Source: an uncultured archaeon (GTDB lineage Archaea > Thermoproteota > Bathyarchaeia > Bathyarchaeales > Bathycorpusculaceae). Taken from it: 64,000 nucleotides of DNA. The notes below the pieces were generated by a model. It was not told where the DNA came from. It was given only the letters and a program-made list of their open reading frames with translations, and searched no databases. Numbering within the stretch: position 1 is the first letter of the stretch; the number at the start of each line of letters is the position of its first letter. The translations under genes were made by a program, and so were the position numbers. The stretch is taken from assembly GCA_963782915.1 (NCBI GenBank), contig CAWALK010000015.1, positions 96,001-160,000 of the forward strand, read 5' to 3'. Shown one piece after another: positions 10,961 through 22,892 of this stretch.

Positions 10961-13900
10961 TCATGCTTTCTGCTCAATTCGAGCTTTCTGTTGGGGGATT
11001 TCGAAAAGAAACAAAACACCTCTGCCCGCCTCACCTTTTTCCCGAACTTTCCAGCCGTAAACATCGCAAATCCGTTGAATCAGGTACAAGCCTAAACCTG
11101 TTCCTTTGCCGGCACCCTTCTCAAAAAGACTGGGCTTAACTTTAGCATCGATCCCTCCGCCGTTATCCTCAAAAAATATCTGCAAATCGCCGTTTTCAGC
11201 ATTTGTAGCTGATATTTTTATCTGAGTCAGGTTTTGCCCATACTTCAATGAGTTATCGATGAGGTTATGGAATATTTCTGTTAGGGCTGAATCAGCAAGG
11301 ACCTCATAATCTAGGTTTTCCAAGTCTATTTGAAGGTGTTTTAAGCCCGAAAACAAACCTTGCGCTGCAACAATTGCTTGGGGTATACTAATCCAGGTTA
11401 AGCCTTGGCTTCCAACAACTTCATAGGTTTGAGAGAATTCCAAAATGCGTAGAATGCTTTTGGCGGTAGAACTTATTTGCTCCATTTGGCTTAGCATTAT
11501 TACATTATCATTGGAGTATTTTTTACTCAGATATAATGTGTTGGTTATGTGAGAAAGCTTGTTTCTTATATCATGCCTAACAAATCCGCCAACTACACTT
11601 AACTTTTCAAGCAACATTTCCGCTTGGGCAAGCGCTTTATTACGTTCTTCATGGTCTTTCTTTCGTTGTGTAATATCACGGCTAATGGCTATGAATTTCA
11701 TGCCGCCAGACTCATCATTAACTAAGCTAATTCGGGCTTCAAGCCAAACATCTCTGCCCTTAGGTGCAAAATGAAGTTCTAGCGTCTGCACTTCCCCTGT
11801 ATTGACTAGCTGCTCCATTTTAGGGTTGAATTCCACAATGTCTTGAAGGCTTAGAAACTCCAGCACACTCTTTTTACCAATTAATTCTTCAGGCTTGATT
11901 TCTAAGACAGACTCAATCGATGGTGTAACAAACTGGAAAGTTCCGTTTACATCAGTTACCGTGATTATGTCTTTTGCATGTTCAGCTACGAAACGGTAGC
12001 GTTCTTCGCTTTCTTGTAGTTTTTCTTCTGTTTTTTTGCGTTCTGAAATATCTCGAATCAAGCCAACGGCATTCCAGCTTGTGCCTAATTTGAATGAGGA
12101 AAGGGATAATTCGGCGCAAAACTCTTCACCAGTTCTACGTATAGCAACAAATTCCATGTTCTTTTTCAGCGTAATACTTTTGCCCGTGTCTCTAAAAGCC
12201 TCAAATCCAACTGCATAAGTAGCGTGGAAACGTTCAGGTGTACAGATGAGATGGAAATCTTTTCCCCGAGTTTCCTCAAACGTGTAACCGAACATTTCTA
12301 CTGCAGCAGAGCTCCAGAATGAAATTTTCCCCTCTACATCAATCATTACAATTGCATCATTTGCAGAATCTGTGATAGCGCGCATCTGCCTCTCGCTATT
12401 AGCAAGTGCTTCCATGGCTGCATTGTTCTCTAAAGCGATAACAGCAAATTCAGCAAGCAAAGTCGCGATTAATAGGTCATTATCATTAAAGCCACCCTGT
12501 TTATTCGCTAATATTATGTAGCCAACTACGTTCTGTCTTGTTCTAAGGGGGATAATTGCTCCATTTGAAGGTACCTCAATAGGCATCTTCTTTATCAAAT
12601 CAACAAACGGGCTATCCCTAAGATTGTTGATGTAGACCGCTTGATTACTACAGCAGATTTTTTCGCATACATTGAGCAGGTTTTTTGAGACACTATTTTT
12701 ACTGTTATAGGTATTCCCTGTAAAATGTGAGATTGCAATGTCGTTTGCCCATTCAGAGCCAATTAAACAGATAAGCCCCGATTCGGAACGAATAATATTT
12801 TCAAATGAACCCAGAATCCTTTCAAGAACAGTCTCAGTACTGCAATTTCTCAGAATGGATTCTGAAATTACGATAAGATCCCTGAGATTTGCTTCCCTTC
12901 GCTTTGATTCTTCCAGCAACTCGACGATTTTATTTTCCTTAGTAATCTTCTCAGTAATGTCTCGGGTAATTGCTATATATGCCGAAGGATTGCCAAGTTC
13001 ATCCATAATTGCTTTTATTGAGCTTTCTGCCGTAAACTCCTGTCCATTTTGTTGCCTTACCCGGTAAGTGTTTGTTTTTACTTGTTTTTCCTTTACCGCT
13101 TCTTCGAAACTGCGAATAAGCTTCTCACGGTCTTTCTCAACAATAAAATCAGCGCCAGACCTTCCAATTACTTCCCCCGGATTACACCCGAAAAATCTTC
13201 CCGCAATATCATTACAACAGACAACTTTTCCATCTACCCCTACGATAGTCAACAGCATCCGGAGCCAGAGCCATAAAATTCTCTAATTCTTTTTGTCTGA
13301 GAAAAAGTGCCTTTTCTGTCCGTTTAAGGACTGAAATATCTATAACTGTGGTAAGAAGATGCGGTTGCTCCTCAATAGTAATTTCTTTGGTAGAATATAG
13401 CACAGTTGCGGTCGAGCCATCTCTTTTTTTGATTTTAACTTCTCGGTTTATTACTGATTGGTTTTTCTTAAGTGAAGTAATAATTTCTTCGCGGTCATTC
13501 ATATTAGCGTATATTTTTAGTTCGCGTGCAGTTTTTCCAATCATTCCCTCACGGGTATAACCTAATAACTTTAACAAACAATCGTTTACTTCGACAAATA
13601 AGCCGTCAGATACTCGGGTGAGGGCTAATGCGGCTCCACTTGAGTTGAATGCTGCACTATATTTCTCTTCTGAAACTCTGAGTTCATCTTCAGCTTTTTT
13701 TGTTTCAGTCACGTCTTGTACTATGCTTACAACTTGCAGTATTTTGTCATTTTCAATTATTTGTGAATAGGAATGGTGAAGCCATCTTGTTTGCCCTTGT
13801 TTGGTAATTATTCGATAATCTGCTTTACCGCTGACTTTTGTTGTCAGGGACGCTTGGAAGATTTTTTGCACTCGCTCAGAGTCTTCTGGATGAATAACCC

Positions 13901-14457
13901 ACGGGTTTTTTCCTATTAATTCCTCAGGTTCATAACCCAAAATCTCTTTGCTTGCTGGACTTACGTAGAGTATTATTCCGTCTGTTTGAGTGAGCATAAT
14001 CATGTCTTTGCTGCTTGTAACCATTTTTTTGAAGCGCTCTTCGCTCGCCCAGAGCATACGTGTAGCTTGAGCTTTTTCGTAGAGTTGGCGGATACCCGCA
14101 GATAATTCGGTATATACCACTTTGGGTTCGCCATGTTTATCGATATAGCGGTCTGTTCCCAAATTGAGGGCTTGTACAACGATTTCTTCTCGACCTTTTC
14201 CGGTGAAGAGAATAAACGGGATATCCGAACCGTTTTCCCGTAATAATTTGAGAAAATCCAAGCCATTTTTCATTGGCATCTCATAATCTGAGATGATAAC
14301 GTCATATTGTTCGGTTTTTAATTTGAGGAGCGCCTCATCTACGGAGTAAGCTGTTTCTACAGAGAAGGGTCCTTCGCATTCTAGAATGCTCTTGGAAACA
14401 TTGCACGAATGAGCTGTCATCGTCTACATGGAGCACTCGTATCTCTGTAGTTGTCAC
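10961..14457 (-). CDS. Hybrid REC-multi-PAS-GAF histidine kinase, split by frameshifts near 14410 and 13260
   Basis: IRVLHVDD read in another frame from GTG 14457; SDYEMP receiver; PAS repeats; RHDIRN H-box; DNGGGI and GTGLGL. Confidence 0.85.
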
Positions 14458-14554
14458 TAGCCGTCACCAATCGCCAACTTATTCAGTTTCTGAGCAAAAA
14501 ACGTTGTGTACAACCAAAAAAAGACAAACAAAAAGTAGACAAATAAGAAAGAAT

Positions 14555-14809
14555 TTACTTCTTTCTAGATTCTATTATTCCTCGGCATTTATCGGCGAAT
14601 TGACAGTATTCTAGACAAGCGGCAGATGGGTCAGGACGTTTCCATTCAGCGCCACAGCTTGGGCAAGTGGTTTTGTCTTCATCGGTCCAGATTTCAAGTT
14701 CTCCACCGCATACATGGCAGTTGATATAGGCGGGTTTTGGTTGTAATAGATCGCGCAGTCCAGGGCAGGTATCAGGGTTCTTTGTAACAGGTTTATCTTT
14801 AGAGCTCAA
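14555..14809 (-). CDS. Small Cys-rich zinc-ribbon protein
   Basis: CHVCG..CPSCG..CLEYC...C; start overlaps the stop of the upstream Fe-S gene. Confidence 0.75.
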   Translation of the reverse strand: MSSKDKPVTKNPDTCPGLRDLLQPKPAYINCHVCGGELEIWTDEDKTTCPSCGAEWKRPDPSAACLEYCQFADKCRGIIESRKK

Positions 14810-15437
14810 CAATGTCACCCCCAATTTTGACTTCGTACTCTTTAACTGGAACATGCTTGCCAGAGCCCTCCAACGCCTTGTTAACGGCCCATTTTAATCC
14901 TGTGCAGCAGGGCACTTCCATGTGAACAACGGTTATGGCGGCGATGTTGTTTTGCTGTAGTATCTCGGTTAGTTTAGCTGCGTATGCTCTTGCGTCGTTG
15001 AATTTGGGGCATCCGATGATTACTCGTTTGCCACTCATGAGGTCGTGGAAGTTTTTGAGTGCAACTGGCGCGCAGTCGGCTGCGAGTAGGAGGTTGGCGT
15101 TTTCGAAAAACGGCGCTTTTACGGGTACTAGATCGAGTTTAACTGGCCACTGGGGCTTCTGTGGACCGGTGTTTGCAGGTGCTGGTTTTGTGGTTCCTGT
15201 GGTTTTTAGGTATTCGTGGACTTCCGTCTCGCTGAAGGCGTCAGCTTCGCGTTCTGTAACTGTGATTGCGCCTTGTGGGCATTGTCCTAGGCATGCGCCG
15301 AGTCCATCGCAGTAGGTGTCCTTGACAAGTTTTGCTTTTCCATTAATGATTTTGAGTGCGCCTTCGGCACATTTGGGGATGCATTGTCCGCATCCATTGC
15401 AGAGGCTTTCATCTATATTTACGATTTTTCGTTTCAT
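14799..15437 (-). CDS. 4Fe-4S dicluster protein with Cys-rich C-terminal domain
   Basis: CNGCGQCIPKC, CDGLGACLGQCP; QWP, ADC, GCPK and MEVPCC motifs. Confidence 0.9.
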   Translation of the reverse strand: MKRKIVNIDESLCNGCGQCIPKCAEGALKIINGKAKLVKDTYCDGLGACLGQCPQGAITVTEREADAFSETEVHEYLKTTGTTKPAPANTGPQKPQWPVKLDLVPVKAPFFENANLLLAADCAPVALKNFHDLMSGKRVIIGCPKFNDARAYAAKLTEILQQNNIAAITVVHMEVPCCTGLKWAVNKALEGSGKHVPVKEYEVKIGGDIVEL

Positions 15438-15757
15438 ACTTGTTCCTCTTTTAGGCAGTTTCCGCCTGTGGGGCAAAATTTCATGGCATGGTTTTCTATG
15501 GCGTCAAAGATGGGGGCGATGGTTTCGAGGTTGACGGTTAGGATGTGTTTTTTGCCTTCTTGGTGGCTTGTTAGGATGTTGCATTCGAGTAGGGGTTTTA
15601 GGTTGTGGCTGATCATGCTTTGTTCTTGGCCGAGTGCTGTGGCGAGTTCGGTGACGCTCATTGGTTTGTTGATTAATTGTTCGATGGCGGCGAGGCGTGT
15701 GGGGTTTGCTAGGTTTGTGAAGAATCTGTAGCAGATTTGGGTTAGGCCTTTTTTCAT
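15434..15757 (-). CDS. ArsR/SmtB-family regulator
   Basis: LANPTRLAAI...SVTELA...QSMISHNL; ATGA-type overlap with the next gene. Confidence 0.88.
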   Translation of the reverse strand: MKKGLTQICYRFFTNLANPTRLAAIEQLINKPMSVTELATALGQEQSMISHNLKPLLECNILTSHQEGKKHILTVNLETIAPIFDAIENHAMKFCPTGGNCLKEEQV

Positions 15758-15897
15758 TTTTCTTGCCTCAACAGTGATATGAATAATGTTACATATGAAT
15801 AATTGTTCATATAAACGTTTCTGGTAAAATACCGCTCGATTGACCTGTAGATGGCGAAGTATTCGGCGACAAAAAGTCACAATTCTTATAATCTAAT

Positions 15898-17768
15898 ATG
15901 CTGTGTCACTTGGAAGTGAACCATACGTACAGACGAATTATCGATTCGTTAGGGAACGCAGTGCTCGTAATTGACGCCGACAACTACGCAATAGTAGATG
16001 TTAATCCAGAAGCGTCAAAACAGCTAAAACTAACAAAACAGGAACTTGTAGGAAAAACATGTTACCAAGTTTCACATCAAAGAACCTCACCGTGCCCCGA
16101 GGAGGCATGCCCCGTACGTATGGCACTTAAAAATATGAAGCCCTGCACGGTTGAACATCAACACTTTGACAAAAACAATAACCCGCAAATCGTGGAGATC
16201 ACAACTTTCCCCCTGCTATCGGAAGAAAGAACAACAGTAATCCACGTTTCCAAAGACATAACAGCACAAAAACAGTTAATTAAAAAAATCCAAGAAGACG
16301 AAAAACGTTACCACGCATTATTCGACCATGCCCCATTAGGCATCCTCATCATAGACCCCCAATTAGCAGCGCCCGTAGAGTTTAACGAATTAGCACATAA
16401 ACAGTTGGGATATACTCGAGAAGAGTTCAGTAAGCTTCGAATTCAAGATTACAAGTATAAAAGAACAAGAAATGAAACCAAAGCCCTCATAGACAAGATT
16501 CTGCAGGAAGGCAAAATCGAGTTTGAAGATAAACACGTTACAAAGAACGGTGATGTACGTGATGTCATCGTTATTTCTCAAGCTATAGAGTTGTCTGGGA
16601 AAACTTATCTGCAGAGTATCTATCGAGACATCACTGAAGCCAAAGAAGTAGAGCTCGCACTTATGGAAAGCGAGACCATGTATCGTTTGCTCGTTGAGAA
16701 TGCCCGTGAAGGCGTCTGGGCTCTTAACGGCAATAACCGCACAGTGTATGTTAACCCAAAAATGGCCAAAATGCTGCGTTACACTGAGAGTGAGATGCGA
16801 GGAAAAACCCTAAACGAGTTTTTGGACAAAAAGGACACCAACGCCGCCAAGAACGGATGGAGCGACTACATTGGCAATCAAGGGGAATGGGAATTCATTT
16901 TTAACGCAAGGATGGAATCCGAATCTATGCGCTCGTCTCTTTCTCAGCTATAGAAGACGACGACGGATGCATCCAGGGAACCCTTGCATTGGTCACAGAC
17001 ATCACCTTACGCCGAGCCATGGAAGAAAAACTGGAGGCGTATTCAAAAAATCTTGAGCAAACCGTAGAGCAAAGAACCAACCAACTGCTTGAGGCACAAT
17101 CTAAACTGGTTAAATCGGAACGCCTCGCTGCTATAGGAGAAGTTGCAGCGATGGTTGGACATGACCTGCGCAATCCATTAACAGGAATAAATGGCGCTGT
17201 ATTTTACCTCAAAAAGAAGCTACCCCCCAATCTGGAGCCTGAAGCATTGCAGATGCTCGACGTCATCGAGAGAGATATCCAATACGCAAATGCCATCATA
17301 ACGGATTTGATGGATTATTCCAGAGAACTCAAACTAGAATTAAGCGAGACAACGCCTAAACGGGTGATCGCCGAGTCGATTTCACTTGTCAAAATTCCAA
17401 AGGACATCCGAATTGTAGATGCAAGCGAGACATTCCCAACTATACTGATAGATGTCGGGAAAATGCAGAGGGTATTTGCGAATTTTATCAAGAACGCAAT
17501 TGAAGCCATGCCTAAAGGCGGTGAATTGTCAATAAAAAGCCGAACCATGGATGGAATGGTTGAATTCAAAATCGCTGACTGCGGCTGCGGCATATCCTCG
17601 GAGGTGCTTGAGAAAATGTGGATGCCCTTTTTTACGACTAAAGCTAAGGGTATGGGGTTGGGTTTAGCGATTTGTAAAGGCATAATTGATGCTCATGAGG
17701 GCAAGGTTTGTGTTGAGAGCACTATTGGGCAGGGTACAGCCTTCACGGTTACTTTACCCATTATTTAA
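15898..17768 (+). CDS. Multi-PAS sensor histidine kinase, split by frameshift(s) near 16900-16990
   Basis: PAS repeats; GHDLRNPL H-box; PFFTTKAKGMGLGL. Confidence 0.85.
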
Positions 17769-17951
17769 AACCAAAAAAATAATGCAGATTATGCTGCCGT
17801 TTAGAGTCGGTATCTGCTCTAAGTCGGGTGAACCGGTGTCGGGGGTAACGAAGTAGAAAACCATTCCGCATGCAAGGCATTTGACTTCTTGATTTCTTTG
17901 GCGTTCAACTCTGGGTGAATGGCATTTTGGGCAACGTAACTGTCCGGACAT
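17754..17951 (-). CDS. Small zinc-ribbon protein
   Basis: CPKC...CLACG; the 3' end overlaps the kinase stop and may be frameshifted. Confidence 0.55.
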   Translation of the reverse strand: MSGQLRCPKCHSPRVERQRNQEVKCLACGMVFYFVTPDTGSPDLEQIPTLNGSIICIIFLVLNNG

Positions 17952-18029
17952 TTCAGATTCTTCCGTGACCCAATCGTTAAAGAATAGTTCAATTAAGTGT
18001 TTTCCCCAAAAAGGGAGGGATATTGAGGA

Positions 18030-19888
18030 TTACTTGGTTTTTCTATTGTGCCGTAATCCGAAGAATAGTAAACCGCTGCCTGCAACGCCTGCGAATATTA
18101 TTGCCCAAAGCCACCACTGCGTCCACACTGGCTGCGCTGGTGTTTGGGCGGTGTTGCTGAGTTGAAGCTCGTCGATGGTGCAGATGGCGTCGTGGCCGAT
18201 GTAGGTTTCAGTTTGCCGCAAAGTGGAGCCTTGGGGATTAGCGGTGCCGGCGGTGACTTTGACTTCTTGTTCTTGATCGTTAACGTAGATGTGCATGCCA
18301 GTGGTTGTGCTGCGTGTGAAGACGACGTGTATCCATTGGTTGAGTTGAACGACGGATTGTGTGGTGACGATTTCGTTTAAGCCCCCGTCTTTTGTGTAGC
18401 ACATATCCGCGGATTGCGCCTAATGCTGCTGCACTATCGTTTTGCGGTGCTTCACCGTTGATTGCTAACCCAAACGTGCGTGTTGGCAGGGCATCGGTGC
18501 CTCGCAGGGCTTCGACGATGATGTTGTTGTATGGGATTGGTTTGTATGATTGCACATTTATCCAGACATCAACCGTTACTTCTCCGCTGATTTCAAGGCT
18601 TGGCGAAGCTGGCACAATTATGTATTGTTGCCCGTCGAAAGCTAAGGCTTTGCCGTATTTGCCCTCTACGGTTTGGGGAACATAGGATTTGTTGACTGTC
18701 ACGGAGCCTAAAATGGCTGGGTTGTTGCCTGTTGAATCGAGGCTTATGCCAGTGGCGTCTATGGTGTCAAATGACCATGAAGCAACTACCCCATTGGATG
18801 CAACTGCTGGTGTTGGATTAGTTGGAGCAGTGTTTCCTAAGTTGGAAGTGTCAAATTTGGCGATGAGGGGATAGTTGTCTTGTGCCCCTGTATACACCTG
18901 GTAGGGTGTGTTGGCTATGCCTGAATTGCCGATTTCGGTTGCAGTTGGGATATTTTGTTTGGTAGTCGCTCCAGTAGTTGCCGCCGCTTTGAGCGCCGTT
19001 ATCCCAGAATTGGACTGGAGTGGACTCGTTAACGTAGACGCCATAGATGTTGCCAACGAAGTTGTTGTGGTAGAAGGTGTTGTCGTGTGGAGCAGCCCAT
19101 TGTGGCGTGATGTAGATGCCCCATTTATTCTGTGATATGTCGTTGGCTGCGAGTATGTTTTTGGAGCCTGCCAACCAGATGGCTGATTCAGTGTTGGAAG
19201 TGAATTTGTTGCCAAACACCACTGAATAGGAAGTTCCTAAACCTAACCCTCTTAAGTTATGGTCGAAGGTGTTGTTGGTTACGGTGTTTGAGTATCCCTG
19301 TAATGCGAGACCTGACACAGCGTTTCCAGTAATGGTGTTGCCTGTAATGTTGTAGTATGAACCAGCATAGAAGCGCATGCCATCTTTGAGGTTATTGGCG
19401 ATGGTGTTATCGATGATTTGGGTGTAGGATTGAACGGAGCAGAATAGGCCCATGTAATTGTTTTGGATTATGTTGCCCTGGATTGTAGTGTGGTCTGCTT
19501 GGATTTTGATGCCTGTGGCGTAGAGGTTGGTGGTTGTGTAGTTTTGGCTTTCAATCGTGAAGCCGATGATTTTTGCGTTGTCAGCATTCAATGCTACGAC
19601 TGGGCGGGATCCTCGGTCAACGCCGCCTTCGCCTATTATTATGGTGGTTTGGCTGTTTTCGCCAATTATCGATATTGACTTGTTTACTTGCAGGTTTTCA
19701 TGATAAACCCCGCTCTGTACAGCTATAGTGTCGCCGTCTGAGGCGTGATTAATAGCTTCAGAGATAGTGGAGTAATCGGTTGGGACAGTAATTGTTTTTG
19801 AGGCGAAGCCTGTTTGGAGATTAATGAGCCAAATTGCCGAGAGTAAGATTACGCTCAGCGCCAAAACTTTTTTGCTGTTTTGATTCAT
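18030..19888 (-). CDS. Secreted NosD/parallel beta-helix plus LamG-like protein with C-terminal TM anchor, split by 2 frameshifts
   Basis: Signal peptide, VPTDYSTI, N-rich beta-helix repeats, GGNYWSDY, GKYGKALAFDG, NQWIHVV and a C-terminal TM helix spread over three frames. Confidence 0.85.
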
Positions 19889-20320
19889 ACCAAGTCACTG
19901 ACATCAATAGTCCTCGGCTTAGATATTACTCTCCCCAAGGAACACCCTGTTCCCGAAGATGGAACACCCAAGATTTAGGCGGGTACCAAAAAATTGGTGA
20001 TTATTAGCAATTAATGGGGATTAAGGACGCAGAATGAAGGGGAAGCTTTTTGAGTGCCCTTGTTCCATATTGCACGCTAAAGGACGTTAATATTTTGTCT
20101 AAAAAAGCAAAGAAAGCAGAAGGATTAGAACACCACAAGCAATTACAGCGAGAAAAAGATCAGAAACGCAAAGACCGCAAACAGGTTTCATTGCCGTCAA
20201 AACTCGCAAACAAGGGCAAAAAGTAGCCCTCCAAAAAAGAACAAGTGCCTTTTTCCTTTTTATAATTTTTACAATCAATGTTATCTTAAAATTTCGTTTA
20301 TTTGCCAGTCTGGAGAATGC

Positions 20321-20390
20321 TCGGGGTCTGTCATTTCGTTTAATTCTTCATCTTTCCCAATCAGACTGGGACGGCGACATCATCCCCCGA
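20321..20390 (-). ncRNA. Box C/D guide sRNA (70 nt); D' guide predicted to target the 23S rRNA G2251 equivalent
   Basis: Minus strand reads TCGGGG-G-ATGATGT(C)-CGCCGTCCCAGT-CTGA(D')-TTGGGAAAG-ATGAAGA(C')-ATTAAACGAAATGA-CAGA(D)-CCCCGA. It has a terminal stem, and both K-turn/K-loop motifs close with compensatory pairs (UGU/ACA and AGA/UCU). Confidence 0.8.
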
Positions 20391-20439
20391 TGGAAAACAC
20401 ACCGTCCCCGACTAAAAAGCCTTGGGTTCAAAGGAGGAA
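20366..20439 (+). repeat. attL: 18-bp core plus element left end
   Basis: 74 bp identical to 26407-26480; similarity continues to about 20511/26548. Confidence 0.9.
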
Positions 20440-21398
20440 GATAAAGATGAAGAAACAAACCCTAAGAACCCCAACAAAGTAAACCAGCAGACCCACAAAC
20501 ATCGGTAAATTAAACATTCCAAACGTTATGCTCTGGATGCTAAACGAACGCCTATGAGCAAACAACGATTAAGAGAGTGGCTAAAGAGCTTAGGCATTTA
20601 GAACGAAACTGCAAAACAAATAACCCCGAAGAAGTTAAACTCTTTATAGCTAAAAAGAACTGTTCAAATGCAAGAAAAGAAAACCTAATTGAGTCATACA
20701 ATATAGCGATAAAATCCTTAGGCTTAACATGGAACAAGCCATTTTATGAGCGCTATGATAAAAAGCGCAGAGCGCCAAAAGAAGCACTTTTAGATTTTAT
20801 GATTAATCATTTACGTTTTGAGATGGCACTTAAACTGTCATTACTCAAAGACTTAGGAACACGTCCACAAGAACTTACTGTGGTTAACAGTCAAAGACAT
20901 TGACCTTAACACTGGATTGGTAAGCATCACAGGAGCTAAAGCACACAGTAGGACGAGATGGGAAACTTAAAGCCAAATCAATGGCACTTGCTCAAAAGCT
21001 ATATAGAGAGAAAACAGCTAAATGCAAACAGCAAACTTTTCGAAGTTCAAGCATCAGACTAATTTAGGCAACGATGTACAGACACGCAAGAAACCGATTA
21101 GCCAAAGACTACAGCATGCCCGAACTCAAACAAATCTGCCTATATGACTTCAGACGCTTCAAAGCATCCAAAGAATACACGCTCTCAAAGCACAACACAT
21201 TCTATGTCAAGCAACTACTTGGACACAAAGACTTCACGAAGCATAGAACGCTACATAAGCGTATTCGATGATTCAAATGTAAACTGGATACCAGTAATAT
21301 GCCATAACCAAGAGGAAATAGAACAAGCAATCAAAGGATGACTGCGATCTTAGTATGCCAAGAGAATGGAATAACGTATTTTAAAAGAGCCTGTTTGA
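20422..21398 (+). CDS. Tyrosine recombinase/integrase, multiply frameshifted as assembled
   Basis: Fragments give NPEEVKLFIA, LLKDLGTRPQE (R), DIDL..GAK (K), YDFRR (HxxR variant), LLGH and IERY (Y). Confidence 0.85.
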
Positions 21399-21411
21399 AA
21401 ACACGTTAAAT

Positions 21412-22433
21412 TATGACAAACGTACAACTATCGAAATAACCCTTTAAAAGTTCGAGAAGAGCTACACCTTCTAGAATTTCCATTGTTTTAAGTGACAAAC
21501 GTGAGGAATTTTTATAAACACCTTGTGGAACAAGGTAAGAGTTGTAAAGAAATCAATCTCCAAATTTATAAAAAATACAAACAATATAAGTCTTCTGAAG
21601 AGCAAAATATGGCATCCCATATTGAAACTCTAGTCGTATGCTATTTAGCTTAATCAATGACGAGTCTATTGGACAACCATTAAAGATTACCATTCTTTCT
21701 GAAATCGGGATTTGTAATAGCTGATAAAAATATGAAAAATGAAGAGAAAAAATGATTCTTACTCTAAAAATTCTTTAATGAAATCAAACCATCGTGGTCC
21801 AAAATGTCATCTGAAAAAGGGATTTATCCAGATGATATAAATGGACACGAACATTCGATTTGTCTAATCGATGAGTACGCTAACAACATTAGCTGTTGCA
21901 ATAAAATTTAATTGTGAGGCAGATATCGACTCAACTTAATACGACAAGCAATTGCAAGAGTTCGAGTTCAGCTTAAAGAATTTGAAACATTAGCGCTATT
22001 ATCACGAATTGAAGGTATATTCAATTGCTATGGTGAATCAAGTAAAATATCAGGATTAAAAGTCTCCATTAAACAATCATCTGGTCTTTTACTTAAAGAA
22101 TTGTTGGAAGACTCAGAAATTATGGCTCTTTCTCAAGAAAGGTATATGTTAGGAATACCGAGTAAGGCTAAACTTGCTCTCAAGACAATCGGACAAAAAA
22201 CACAGGATGTACTTTCGGTTAATAAGAATAGAAAATATCTTGCAATTGCTCAAAAGGTAGGAAATATTGCGACGAAAAATATTGGGTTAGAAATCCCCGA
22301 GTTACCTATCGAGAAAGACACAGAATTCATGCCGCCTTTATTTGCCCTTAACGATTATAAACCAAATTGTCTAGTGACTTTAAAGGGCTCTACCATCGGT
22401 GATGCCCTCACCCAACGAAGAGCAAAACATTGA
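21412..22433 (+). pseudogene. AT-rich hypothetical ORF of element 1, broken by several indels
   Basis: Only the C-terminal 110 aa is intact (22101..22433); upstream sequence looks coding but shifts frame; boundaries approximate. Confidence 0.4.
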
Positions 22434-22454
22434 GTAAAAAGTCTGACGTGGGGG

Positions 22455-22525
22455 TCTCTTCACCCTTAAGCTCGCTTCGCTCCCGCTTGCGCGGGTCGCT
22501 CCGCTTCTGCCTCGCCGAATGTTGA
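22455..22525. other. Candidate rolling-circle origin region
   Basis: GC-rich CGCT-reiterated tract with a CCCGC-TTGC-GCGGG hairpin, downstream of the rep operon and within otherwise AT-rich sequence. Confidence 0.4.
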
Positions 22526-22673
22526 GCAAGAGCCAAACGATGCGTTGAGCTATTCATCAATTTCTTCGTTCTCCCACAAATCATCAAAGGGGACAAAGCC
22601 CAACTGTACTGAATCCAATATTCGCAGGTAACCGCCTACAAAAAGGCATGTGGTAGCGAATTCGCCATGACCC

Positions 22674-22892
22674 TTACCTCTGTTGTGGAAATCGAATAAG
22701 CCCAACATTGAATACCCATACTAATTCATCGGACACTTTGACCGCATGATACTCTATAATATGGGGAGGCTTAAACAACCCATTGCGCTCTAAGAAGTCG
22801 GTGCAGATTGCACCGACCTTTATCTTACTCCACTGGCGCTCTATTCGCCTTCTTTGCTGGCGAAGCATATCTATCCGCACTCCCCATGGCAA
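22674..22892 (-). CDS. Small hypothetical protein overlapping the end of rep
   Basis: 72-aa ORF coupled to rep; no recognised motif. Confidence 0.4.
   Translation of the reverse strand: MPWGVRIDMLRQQRRRIERQWSKIKVGAICTDFLERNGLFKPPHIIEYHAVKVSDELVWVFNVGLIRFPQQR

Noticed and set aside
20366-20420. att repeat as a tRNA fragment
   Set aside because: No T-loop or cloverleaf; the sequence fits box C/D architecture instead
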